A DNA stretch of 64,000 nucleotides from Acanthaster planci. Taxonomy: Eukaryota. This document shows positions 26,364-39,470 of the stretch, in pieces. The translations under genes were made by a program, and so were the position numbers. Numbering within the stretch: position 1 is the stretch's first letter; each line of letters begins with the position of its first letter. Location of the stretch: NCBI RefSeq assembly GCF_001949145.1, contig NW_019091358.1:3466535-3530534 (forward strand), read 5' to 3'. The notes under the pieces were generated by a model, which saw only the letters and a list, made by a program, of their open reading frames with translations, searched no databases and had not been told where the DNA came from.

Positions 26364-27503
26364 TGTTTTTCAACAAAAGATGAAGTATCATTAATTATTT
26401 CCAGCTGTACAAAACTATGAATTTGATAGCCAGAAACAGGATGAATGTCGAGTAGTGTATTTGTACAGTTATGTTCATGTGCCGCACATGGACGATCTTA
26501 TGTGTAAATGAGCAGAAGTTCTGCATGATCTTGAGAAACCGAAATAAACCCCTTTGAGTTGAACTTGGAATGTTAACTGGCGTCCGAACACTTGGATCAT
26601 TTTAATTTTTCAACAGACCTCCCCTGGCGAGCCACTGTTTCAGATAAGACACTGTCTGAATGCAGTCACAGTTGTACATGTACATGTCACTAGTTGACTG
26701 ATTCCAATTTATTTCCTGAAGATATACCGGTATGTCTGTTGTGACCGCAATCATGTTCGGGGGGGGTCACAGAATACAGTGTCAGTGGCTGTTAATTGTG
26801 CTTTGAGGATCCCCCCCAAAAAAGCCTCATTTTTCAACCAACCAATAAGGAAAGAACCACACAGACGACTTTAGTATTTGAACCGAATTATTTTGCTCAC
26901 CGTTGGTAATTAGCTGCTTCTTAAAAAGTTATTCTGTAATATGCAGTATGGTCAAGAATACATTATAACTTCACCACCTTATTTTTTATTTTTTGTTTTT
27001 TGTTTTGATGATTTAAGAACGTATTGAAAAACCTTTTGCAGTCCCTCAAACCATGCCCAAACAGTTAACTTCCATAAGCTACAGTGCATGTACATGTACA
27101 TGTACCACAGTGTGTGTACAGTTGTATTTAACTTTGTATGCAGGTTTAGGGACAAGCTCCTTTAAACATGCCATCCCAAGCACTCCAGTGAAATAACAGG
27201 ATATGATGAAGCACATGTGTGTACACAGCCTCGTTAGTACATGTACATGGCGGGGCACACTGATGTCAAATAGGACTGCTCCTACCAGACAGCATTCGTA
27301 CGTCCACTGGGTCTCCCAAGGACTTGATGCATGCCTGTTTTCTGCATGCATCATCAGCATGCACTGGCAATGGTGGTGCAGCGATGCTCTTCCCCTTCTG
27401 GGTTTGAAGGTGCACATATGACGTCCTATGGTACGGTTATGCGTACCGATAGACTCAAAGGACAACAAATAAGGGGTGTACCTTTCTTCTAATGTTGGAA
27501 TTA

Positions 27504-27807
27504 AAGGGAGTCGATTCAAATAATGGAATATTCGAATATTCAACACTTCACTTGGTCGAGTATTTGAATATTCGGCAAATTCCCACAAAATCAGAAACAG
27601 CACATTCATAATTTTTCAAAAAGTAAAAAAAGAACAAGTGAAAGATAAGTATTTTTTGTACTGGGCATTCAGCTGCCCTGTAGTTTACTCACAACACCTT
27701 GAAGTGTGCCTTTAGAATAGAACGTTTTCCCTTTTTTTATGGATTTTGACCTTCGAATATTTTTATTTTGAAAATAACTACATGTATTCCAATATACAAC
27801 AGCCCTG
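27504..27807. mobile_element. Possible degenerate hAT-like MITE with GAATATTC subterminal motifs
   Basis: Clustered GAATATTCGAATATTC, GAATATTCG and TTCGAATATT motifs; right end ACAGCCCTG; left end degenerate; no TSD seen. Confidence 0.4.
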
Positions 27808-29232
27808 ACAGTGATGAATGCTTTGGATAAAGGGAACAAGTACATGTAAGTCTAGCTATTTTTTAGGGGAATTGCGTTTCCTCAAGCAACAATTATCATT
27901 TTGTTAAATAAATACCGTTAGTTATGTCTTATTACAGTACATTGGAATGAAGAGCCCTACTTCCATGAATTTAGTTCCTGAGCAGTCAGGGAAGTTGTAC
28001 CTTCAAGAGATTATAATTCAAATGACTTGGTGTATTTATCTGTGATTTAAAAAACCAACAAACTAAGGCTATATATAGATTTTTTGGGGGGTGGTTGTAA
28101 ATAAATGATGCTTACAGATTACATCACAGGAAAAAGAACCCATTTACATCCGTGTCATTTGTTTCTTCCTCTTCTGAAAAAAAAAACCAAGAAAAGATGT
28201 CAGCAGTCTTCACCCCCTGCAGTGGTTGCCAGAGATCCTCGGTCCTTGTCTTCCTGTCACCGAAGCCTCCATCCCCAGATTCCCCCCCCCCCCGGTTCTT
28301 CTGTTACTCCTTCTTTCTTTCTTATCCGTTCTCTTCTTCTCCCCCCCCCGTCCTCTTCTGGCTCTATCTGCTTGAGTGAGTTAGTCAGTCAATTATTATT
28401 GATTGTCACCTATTGTGCGCTAGACGCTCCCCGTGTACATGTAAACATTATACTGCCGTGCGCATGCAGGCTGAGCGAGTTAGACATTGCAGCAGCCGGC
28501 CTGCTGCCCAGTGTTAGCATATTGATATCGTCTGTGGTACATGTATGTGTGGGGGAGGGGGGAAGTGGCAGCATATTTTGTAGTACGTGGAGCATTTTAA
28601 ATGGTGCACGTCAGGTTTATTTGTTTGGGTTTGTTTTTAAGTGTTTTCATGAAGTCAATTTTATTATGCTGGTAGTTTTTATCAGGAACTGCAGTAGCAA
28701 AATAAAAGAGATCTCTTTTTCAACTGTGTAAGGCAACTGAAGTGGTTGCTTTATGCTACCACTTTAGAGGTCAGTAAATTTTATAGTGAAATTTTCTCTG
28801 CTCATTTTTTTTTTTTTTGGTTGGGGATTTTCAGTGATACCAGTACTGTGGCAAGTTTAATTGTTTTGGGCTTTTGGTATTTTTTTCAGATTATAATCAG
28901 TAACAAAAGGCATCTCCCTACTTGGTCATCGTAACTGCTGAATTTGGCATTGTAAGTAAACCATTCAGGAAATTTTTTACATGTACATGTACACGCAGGA
29001 TGTTTTCAGTTTGTTCAAGGAAATTGCTGCAAGCGGTTTGAGCGCACTTTGTGAATTTTTGGGGGCGATCCAACTTCCTCCTGGATATTTTGAAGGGATA
29101 GGAGCCGAGTTCAAAGTTGACTTTCATGAATTAAGTGTTGGTTAAATTAAAAACTTCCCATCCCTGCAAGCCAGTTTTGATTCTGCAGCCAAACCACTAT
29201 AACCCTTGCCACTTGTACCAGGTAGCTTATCA

Positions 29233-29743
29233 GGGTAATCCCAGAAATTAGGGGTCCATTTTTTTCGTGTCCTTGTCACATAATTATGATTTTTCACATT
29301 CAGAGCACATTTTCTGATATTTCTAAATAGGTCACTTGGGAGACATTTTGTGGTAAATTTTTCAACATTAGGGAGACATCGGTCATTAGGGAGACATTTC
29401 AATGTCTCCCTAATGCTCCAACTACCAAAAGGAGGAAAATTTTTACTGTCCACATTTTGAGAGATGATAGATTAGGGTCTGAAAGGAAAACATGATCAGA
29501 TTAGGGAATATTGAATTATAAGACGGTAAAGTTTGAAAAATTTTGTGCACATTCCTATGGGAATGTCTCCCAAGTGACCCATTCTCAGTAAAATAAATTT
29601 CCAGGAGTGATGAATTAATGCAAATTACCTGTCAAACAAATAATAGTTTGAAATCAATTCCGGTGATATTTCCATGTCGAATAACAAAGGTCAGATGTAA
29701 CAGGGACACCAAAATGCCACACCCCTAATTTCTGGAATTACCC
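29233..29743. mobile_element. 511-bp MITE, Sola2-like (long copy)
   Basis: TIR GGGTAAT(C/T)CCAGAAATTAGGGGT at both ends; perfect 4-bp TSD ATCA (29229-29232 / 29744-29747). 4-bp TSD plus 5'-GRG termini fit Sola2; the superfamily call is inference. Confidence 0.85.
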
Positions 29744-30002
29744 ATCATCAAGGTTTAGTACATGTCTAAGTCACATGCATAGAATCTTGTTGGATTGGTA
29801 TAGTTACAGGGTTTGACCTTTTATTGTTGTTTAGAGTGTGTTCACAACACTCAAAAACAGTTGTTGGTTGTTCCTTTTGAATTCACCGCCACCATTGCCA
29901 TTCATATGCTTCGGCCATTTTACAGCTGCGTGTGTTAAAGCCATGTTTCGGAAGGGACTAAGATTAGAAGCCATCAAGATGTCTCTGGTCATGCTCAACC
30001 AA

Positions 30003-30655
30003 AGCCGTGTTTGCACTGGACTTTTTCCGTCAAACTTACTGAGACGATGGTTACTTTTCCCATTTTACGTCCAGTACAGACATCCCAGGAGGTTTTCCTC
30101 TTGGTTACTTTTACTAAGCCGTGCAGTCATTTCCGCCGGCCAACTTCTGCCCAGGAAATATTACCGAGACACTTTTCCTGAGACAGAAAGTCCAGTGCAG
30201 ACAGCGGGAGTTGATAAAAGCATGGGAAAGTGGCCGGTAGAGTATACATCCGGCAGGAGCACAATAGCATGCTGCATACAGGGAAACTCTACGCATGCGC
30301 GTTGCACGTTTTGCCACGGTATGGCATTTGGCAAATATTTCCAGCACATTTTTTCCTCTTTTGGTCGCAATCATGGCAGAAATGGTTATTGACACTGTTA
30401 AATCCACTGGTACACCATTTCCACATGATAATCATGACGGAGTGTTGTTTCTAAGGATCAAAAGAAATACCGAAAGGTCACACAAAGCGCCCTCACAAGT
30501 CATTGCATAGCCAGCTTGGTTATTTTACCCACAGTATCGGTAAAATTTTTCTGTGTTGAAAGTCCAAATGTGGACAGTGGTCACATCTGACCATTTATGA
30601 TTCGACCATCAACTCGGCAAAACCTACGGAAAAAAAGTCCCGTGTGAACACGGCT
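30003..30655. mobile_element. ~650-bp non-autonomous TIR element, PIF/Harbinger-like termini
   Basis: Imperfect ~30-bp TIR AGCCGTGTTTGCACTGGACTTTTTCCGT / ACGGAAAAAAAGTCCCGTGTGAACACGGCT; CpG-rich interior; 3-bp flanks CAA/CAT imperfect. Confidence 0.65.
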
Positions 30656-32299
30656 CATGAATGCAGTAGAAAGATACCGGTTGGCTTTGCAGCATGCATT
30701 TTGCACACCACTGTGTATGAAATAAGGGGGGGGATATTATTGTAAGCAGAATTTACGTCACCCGACCTGTGCTCCTCCTTAAACGAGTGACCTTGACCTT
30801 TCGGCAAAATGGCAAAACAAAAGTGTCAAGTCCGGTCCTGTGTCCCCACCTCAAAGGTGAAAGTGACTCATAAGAGATAAATCCTGTGCTTCTTGCTCAG
30901 GGACTTGCTACATGTGGCACAACAGTGTAGGCTTACAGCCAATGAGGTGGCAGGTGAACTGGCCAAGGTAAGGGGGGAGGGGGCTGGAAATGCAGAAATG
31001 GGAATACGGGACCAGGGTGCCCCCAAAATCAAGAGCAGGCCTGCATCACACGTACATTTGATCATCTAGTGATGAACACCCAGTGACAGAGAGCATCATA
31101 GAATATGGGTAGACTTCAGAAGTAGAAAGAGACATGGTTGCTCGTTCTCAAAAGTTCTAAAACTAATACTTTGCTCAAGGATGTGCTGGATTTTAGTCGC
31201 ATTCTTTAATAATGCATTTTTATTTCTTTCTGTTGAAAAGCATTTCGAAAGGCTGCTTAGCCAATTGCTTTCTTTCAGTAGCCACATAAAAAGGATAAAA
31301 TGTGGTAATTATATCAGGCATTGTGTTCCTTAATACAAGTTGGTACTCGTAAATTTTACAGTTTGCTCTCGAACAAACAGTAATGACTCTACTTCAAAAG
31401 CTTTGCCGTCTGTATGCCCTCATTTTCATGACAGATGAGTAAGTTAAATACTGCCAGTTGGGATGTTTTAGACAAGAGCCTCCTCAAGGATGGCCTCAAA
31501 AAAAGAAAAGAAAGGTAACTGACACAGGAGCTTTAGTGCCATTGTCTGGCTGCATACTGGGAAGGCACTAAAATTTTGTACATTCTGACGAAAACTGGTT
31601 GCATGTAGTCTTTTGCATTGTGGGAAGACACTAGAATTGTGCATATTCCGACAAAACTTGTTGGTGTATGTCCAGGTGCATTCTGGGAGGACACTGGAAA
31701 TGTGCACATTCAAATGAAAATTGGTAGCTTGCTTCCTGTGTGTGCATGCCACACAGCATTATGTGACTTTAAAATGTTGTTGCACAAAACATACATGTAC
31801 TAGCATGATCAATTTCAGTAACGGCTTTTGATACATGTAGATCCACGGTCATATGAGAGCACTCTCGCATGGTTTAAATATTAAGTACAAAAAAGAGTAA
31901 AAACACAAACAGATTTCGATGTGGGAAATTTACATACATCCTTTAGACAATTTGTCTGACCACTTGTGCTTTTGGTTGGACAAATACTAAATATGGTCAG
32001 AAGACTTCCAGCTGTATTTCACAATCTGTATGCATAAAGAGAAAGTTCAGTTGGTAGAATTCCAGTAGAAGTCGCAGGCTCAAAGCTCTACTTTTTGCTG
32101 AGTCAAACAAAACAAACTAAAGCAAAGCAAAACTATTCAGCCACCCTATCCCTTCTCCAGACCCTCCCTGTGACACCATCTCGAATGTGGAGGCAACATT
32201 AAGGTTGTCCATCCTTCCGAGATGTGCCATGATGCAGCACCAGGGTAATTACTGTCTGGAGGATGTCAGCAAACAGGATGATGACACTGTCACCCATTT

Positions 32300-32326
32300 A
32301 TGATGACGATGATGATGACGATGATG
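32300..32326. repeat. (GAT/GAC)n trinucleotide microsatellite
   Basis: ATGATGACGATGATGATGACGATGATG. Confidence 0.85.
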
Positions 32327-35300
32327 TAAAATCATCACCAGGAGAGGATGGCAAGTGTTAGTCCATTAGGCTTGGATTTTAATCATCATAGCTCAGTCAA
32401 TTAGCTTCTTTCCACACACACCCCCCCCCCTTTCAGGTGGACTGCATGACCTTCAAGGGGCACCTGCAAAAATATCTAGGGCAGTGTCTGCTGCCTGTGG
32501 CAAAGGTTTTATTTCAAAACAGAAACACCGAGGTAAAAATGTGTCAGTTAGGTTTGCAGTTTAAACTGTGACAAAGTAATTTTATCCAACTGAACAAACA
32601 GCCACTTTTGAAGTAGTTGTAATATAGTTGTAACCAAGTTCAGGGTTTTGTCAAGGGTTGAGATACCCGGTGTCTACAAGGTACTGGTACCCGTCTTTGA
32701 CAAGGCTGTGTCAGAAACTGTCTGTGAACTCCCAGCAAAATTTTTGAAACTGATACCCATCGCTGCTGTCTGAGTCAATGTTTCCAGTGCTTTGGGTGGA
32801 AATGCACAGATTATTCACCAGTGTGAAAGATTTGGTGAAACGAATGGTGGCTTGTGCATTGTGAACAAGCAAAACACTGCTTGTCCCGCATAATTGATTT
32901 GCCTGTCGTTGGGACGGGGGGGGGAACGGGTAGCTCAGTGAGACACTGGCCGAGTTTGAAGTGATGGCTAAAGAGAGATACATGTACATGTATGCATTAT
33001 CGAGTAGTACTTAAAACATGATTACAATTTTGCACCAGATTTATCACGAACGGCCTTCTCCATAAAAAAGTAATAAAACTGCTACGTGTATATCAACATA
33101 CGGTAGACTAAAGACAGTTGAACTCATTTGCCTTCGTGAAGAGGAAGGACGCATGAAGAATTTTCCCTCCTTTGTATCTCAAAATTCTCAGCCCATTTAA
33201 TTACATTTAAGATGTATCTTCATTTGAATATATACATGGCTGAACAATACATGTACACCTATGCACTGTGTAATATAAATAGTGTACTCCTGCACTATGG
33301 AAATTCTCTGGAAGCTTTGTGCTGGCATTAATTAATGCGTGGATTATGGTAACCGGTTGGGGCATACCCTCTCCATGTGGATAGCCTGACCTGATCCCCC
33401 GTTATTATCAGTGTATTTGCCGTGCTCCAGGCCCATGCAAGCCACTTCAGTGAGTGCTTTATTAAACCAATGAAAGTGCAGGACTGCTCTCTGATGATGA
33501 CTTTGTCTATTAATGATAATAGCCTCCAGCAGTGAACGCACATAAAACAGCAGTGCCGGGCAGCGTTATGTATGCTGGCCAGTTTAAATACCTCACAAGT
33601 GAAGACAGAATAATAAGCATTGAATCATTCAATGAGTGGTGAGGAGGTGGCTGGTTTTTTCAAGACATCTCTAAAAAAAAAAAAAATGAATTAATTCTGC
33701 ACTTCTAAAGCCTCCTGGGATCAGAACACTCATTTTCCCGTCTCAGTTAAATTCTAAATATTTTTTTAAAACGACAGTGTTTGAATATCGTGCATTTGAG
33801 CTTGCTTCACAAGTAGCATTTGAGAAAGGCAGTTTTTGAAGCACATACAGAGTCATGCGGCACGTGTACCAGTACGCATCATTATAAATTGCTGTATGTA
33901 TGCGCATATTTGATCCTACCTGAAAGCTGTGTATTCGTATTCCACATTAGTCTCAGTACAACAACCAATGATTAATCATTGAGTTGGACTTTCCATTTAT
34001 TTTCCTTTGTTGGAAAGTAAGGGAAAATATTATTAATAATCAAGATGGCAATTCCTGACGATCCACAACACCTCTGTAAGCCCAAAGAGTAGCAAATGTC
34101 ATTATAAATTAAACCCCTGCGTCAAGGTGCCGCATTCCCCAGACAAAGAGAAAATGGCAGTTCTTTTGTGCGCGTGTGTGTCTGATGGTTTTGCATGTTG
34201 GATAAACAGAAGATAATGTGATAGTGTAGTCAGTTCTGGAGATTTTTACGCATATATACCCACGGGCCAGTGCACTGATCGTTATCAGCAGCCCATCGAG
34301 CTAGACACGACAGCATTTTTTCCCCTGCCGTAGCAGAAACAGGATGTATGCTGTCATGCTCGCAAAAGATTTTCGGGGGGGGGGCTCCCCCCAAATGAAA
34401 CCGGTAATAATATTACCATTTAATCTCGCCTTCACAAAAACTGTTGTCACATCAACATGGGGGATAATGACAACCAAAGGTTTCTAATTTTGCGATAATG
34501 GACCCAGTTTCCACGCAGATGGCGTTCATTGTCCCGTGACAAACAAGTCGTTCGGCGGGGCTGAAAAAGCAACTGTGTGCAGGGTCCTGAAAGGCCCATT
34601 GTGGCGGGCAGAGCTCCACGTCCCCCCCCACCACCACCTTTCTGCGGCTATGAAAACAGCCGAATGGCAGCCGAACACAAAGGTTTTTTTCTTCTCTCTC
34701 TCTCTGTCTCTCTCTGTGTCTCTCCCCTCCCTGCTTGAACTTTTTGTAAATGGCTTCAAACCCTGCATTCATGTCACATTATTACCGTCTTGTGCGCTGC
34801 CTGAACAGTTACTCTGTCACATCCATCTTGTCTGCACTAATACAAGTGGATAGAACGCCTGTATTTGTTTATCCTCAGTTATCCCTTTACGCGTACTTGT
34901 ATTTTGATTATTGAAAGCTCTGTCAGATTTAAAGCATAAAAATTACAATTAAAAAAGGTCAGTGTTCAGTTTTATTTTTTTTTTTTTCACAAAAGCTCTC
35001 ATCAATTCTCGATTGTCTTGTGGTCAGAAAGGAACCTTTTTCTCATGTCAAGAACTGATATGATTTAGATAGCTCATTTTCCTGGCCCTGTGGAATCTTA
35101 ATTGATTTTCCACAGCACTGTCTGAAATTGAATTCTGCACAAAGTGCTCGCGTGTTGCAGCCAGTGTGGGGAATTTATGCACGACGGTCCCCGGGGTTTA
35201 AAATCATTAAGAAGGGATGACTGAATAACCGGTTAGAGACATAAATTAACAAAGGAAAAAAAAATGGAGTATATTTTTAATTGTGCTCAGTCCCATAATT

Positions 35301-37204
35301 GAATGACATTGTGGACTTAATTGCACGACAGATAGGATCATTTCATCAAAGAAGGCCAAATCTATGTGAACTGTTGCCGTAATTGATTTGTTCTCCTTGT
35401 TGCCATCAAAATGTGTTGTCAGAAAAAGTCTCGCCTTCAAAGTACGGGTATGAAACGATGAAAGCACTTCTTTCCACTTGATCTTCCATTCTTAAGCTTC
35501 CATTCTGTCTGGATTGCAAACTGAAACAGACGTAATAAACAAATTGGTGTGTTTGCACAGGCTATAGCCATTGTCAAACACTTGACTAATTTGTTCCACT
35601 TGAATGAGAAAACATTTGAATGATGCAGTAACTTAAGTTTTAACGCTTGAGTCGACAGTCTGTTGGCATGGCTGAAAAGACATGCACCCCCCATCACCAC
35701 TCTGTCATCCCGTCCCTGATTTCTTCTCCCCCCCCAAAAAAAATTGACTTGACTTTTTATTCACAACCAGCTTCTGAGGAGTGAACTCATTAGGAATTGT
35801 TTATAAGGCATTGATATGTATGCCTGTCAGAAATGTTCCGTGTTCATAAATCAACAACAGCCTCTGTGAAGTATTAATGCGGTTGGTGGCACAGAGTTAA
35901 GTTAGCTTAACCCCAGGACGGAGGAATTCTGGGAATGTCAGAGCGGAGTTTCTGCGGAACATGGGGAGGGGGGTCTGAGGGAATGAAAGATGCCTGCACA
36001 TGCATTCCCCAACTTATCCTCAGAGTGTTTCATTTTAGGTTAATAGTTTAGAAGTGAGGCTTTCCTCTCCATGGAAGAAAAGAAAACATACGGCTTGTCT
36101 ACATAATTGACTTTTGCTTTTAACCAGGAAGAAAATCATTGTCTTGCATTTGGTTCTACAATGCAATCACAGCGTACTTCAGGAAACCATGAACAAAATT
36201 TATTTTCTGACTGCATTGTTTGTGATTTTCAAACATTGTAAAAATACATGTCTCAGTTGCCTCTCTCCAAAAAAATCCGGACATTGTGGAATATGAATTC
36301 CTGTGTTTCATGGTTCATTTTCGGACCACTGTGATTTCAAAATTGCCGTTGCATTCCATCCCACCTTTAACGAAGTAGCCTACCCAGTGAATCTCTGATA
36401 TTTCTGTTATGCTGCCAATGGGTTGAGTTCACTTTCAGCTCATATATCAACCATTGTGCTTCTCCCATAGATGGGAAATGAACCCCCTTTCTTTTCGCTA
36501 GAGCTGCTCACACAAGGGTCTACATATTTTATGTGTGTCAGGGAGGTTGAACCAGAGGACACAGAAGAATGCACTTGAAGTCATTCCCTCCAATTATTTC
36601 CTGTACACCAGTCGGTATATAGTGGGTCCCTAGCATGATCCTGTCAGGTATTGCTTGACCTGGGGGTGGGGGGCTGGAGATTGTAAGGCTGCTGTTACTG
36701 ATTTCCCTTGTATGAAATATGCCTCAGTCAGTCGGTGCAGATGCATTTGTCATGCCAGTGTGTAAAAGGAGTCAGGTGCCTACACTGGAAGGGCGGTAAT
36801 TTGTTTCCCAAGAAAATCATGTGGGGAATAGGAGGGGGCTGTGTAGTCTGCTGAATGATAGGTGTACGTTTTGACAAGTTGGAGTGATTAAAGCAGTGAG
36901 TTGGTCCATTTAAAGAATTCTTCAGTGGGCATGTAAATGTACTTTTGCCCATGTGCAGTGTAATTTGAAAACTGTATGATTTGTGTCAACTTGTGGGTAG
37001 GCTAGGCCTTCCCTAGGTTAAGGGGACAGTTTCTTTTGTGATGAGATTTGGGACCGAGTTGCAGGGATAAAAATTTGTTCCCATAGCGTTTCCAGTCCCC
37101 ACAAAATGGGTCTAAACACAAGTGTAGGTCCTTGCAACTACGGTGCATGTATGGGTGAACATACTGTATGTGCGTCGAATGTCATTATGTGTGTGGGTGT
37201 ATAT

Positions 37205-37864
37205 GGGGGGTAAACGCCAGAAAAAAATGTTTTCAGGAAGGAAAAGATCAGATGTGTTTCACTTGCTTTAAATTATTCATGCACATAGTACATGTGCATG
37301 TACATATTTAGGCTACATGTACATGGCCTTGCAAAGCAAGACAAATGTGATTCCATTTCCATAGCAACACATACCGCAACATAAAAGTGCCTTACAGCTT
37401 GTCTTTTTTTTTTCCTTCTTGTAGAAGATCCATTGAGTTATTGATTGGTTAGATTAATTTCTAGAATTTGTCATTTTTCTCCATTCAAGGGCAGAAGCTA
37501 GTATAGAAACATATTTTGTGCACCTTGCAACCAAATTTGATAGCATCTTTTCCAGATCAGAGGCAATTTCAAGCCCAGTCAGTGAGCTATCACATTCTGT
37601 GTCCACTAGATAAACATGACAAATCGGCAGTGTGAGGACATGCATATCATAACACAGTTGCAGACATACCAAAGTATGAACAAAAGAGGAACTATAGGGA
37701 GTCCACGATTGAAGGCGTTTACACAATTGTGTGTGTGGGGGGGGTAAATGCCAGAAAAAAATGTTTTCAGGAAGGAAAAGATCAGATGTGTTTCACTTGC
37801 TTTAAATTATTCATGCACATAGTACATGTGCATGTACAATACATATTTAGGCTACATGTACATG
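37205..37864. repeat. Local ~120-bp direct duplication (37205-37325 and ~37737-37864) with adjoining MITE fragments
   Basis: GGGGGGTAAA(C/T)GCCAGAAAAAAATGTTTTCAGGAAGG...TAGGCTACATGTACATG occurs twice, differing by one substitution and a 5-bp indel. Confidence 0.9.
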
Positions 37865-39470
37865 TTCCTCTTTTGTTCACACATGGTAGGCTTATGTGAT
37901 TAAATAGACCTCTCTATTGGACCATAACACAATGTAGCTTTGCTCACATTGGAGTTGCAAGTCACATTTGTGTACATTCATATGTACATGTACTAGTACA
38001 TGTACATGTACGTGTAACAATATATTTGTAGGAAGTCCAGTTTACAGTACAGTGATTTTGAGGATTGGAATAATCCCTGGCACTTTGACATTAACTTGTG
38101 AAACACAGCTCACTTACCCCAGCCAGTTTGTTTTGTCAGCCTAATGTGTGAGGCTGTAATCAGACACTGTTTTGGCAGAAACTTACTCCAGAAATGGTGT
38201 CGGAATTGCGACGAACTCGCCCTCATGTGTACACAAATAATATAAGATTCAAGCTCAACTGAGCACCCCTCAACAACACTCCCATATAGAGAGAGTTGAA
38301 GACAAAATGCCCACCGTATACCAAACATCCCGCACCGGGTGGAACATTACTTTATTGATCTGTCAGGCCCTCCTGCCTTTCTCATGTTATTTTGCCTCGT
38401 CTAGATTTGATATAGCCCATCCAGAATATAACCCCGCTCTGCCATGCCAGCCTGGCATTAATCTAGCCCCAACACCCTGCCAGCAATAGCTGATTAGATC
38501 CGGCCATATTCACCGGCAGGCCAGCGCCGCAGTCACAGGCTGGCCTCCCTGTGTGCCGCAGACGACACTGTCGCTGTATTCATGAATAGCAGGGGAATCT
38601 CATACGCACACGCTACCGCTGTACCAGGATATAGCTGAGGCGAAATCTCGTGATTGATTGGGATAATATTCCCAATTATTACAGCAGCGAAGCTCCACTG
38701 GAAATCAGATGAGGGAGTTAAAAACGGCGTGTCAGGGCCTCAGTATGATTATTCATGAAGACTGCGTGAGTAAATCACTGCATGAATTTTTGAAATTTAA
38801 TATCACAAATTGAAGTCGAACAGGGCAAAGAATATCTCTATCGAAATTAACTACGAAATAAAGAAATGCACAACCTAGAAAAAAATTTGTGATAGAATTC
38901 TTGAACCCATTTGTACATGTATGTAGTAAACACCGAATCCTTTCTTTTGTGTCAGATGTACACAACTTTTTTTCTGTGATCTGGGGACACCACCAGAAGA
39001 GTAAATTAGCAATTCTACGAATCTTGTTAAATAGTCATGTCATTCGGCGAAAAAAGACAGTTTTCGATCTTGGTAAACATCTCGAGGTAGATTAGTGGGC
39101 CACCAACAGTTTATATATAGCATTGAAGGAAACAAGTCAAGGGAAGTCATGAAGTGCTTGCCCATTAGATTTGGCAATTTCAAACACCTACCGGTAATGG
39201 CAGGTCTCCTGAAAACACCTTGTGTAACATGTCCACATGCTGACTTCAGACATAGTTGAATTTATATCGGAAGTTGGGGGATGGTTCTTGGATTGTATCC
39301 AACCCCTCCCTCAGGTAAAGCCTGTCATTGCTGTTGCCTGTGACCCAGGAGGTTGTGATGTGATGACCTGCCGGGGTACATCTCTATTATGGCATGACCG
39401 AATGGACTGGACTGAGCTTTAATAAAAACTCATGCTGAGTGATACATCAGGAGAAGGCATCAAGCCAAAA

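Noticed and set aside
28105..28731. 208-aa ORF and the other 100-185-aa ORFs (e.g. 22971-23507, 27079-27609, 29838-30392, 44828-45349)
   Set aside because: Low-complexity or C/F/L-rich translations typical of non-coding DNA or MITE interiors; no domains or exon structure recognised.
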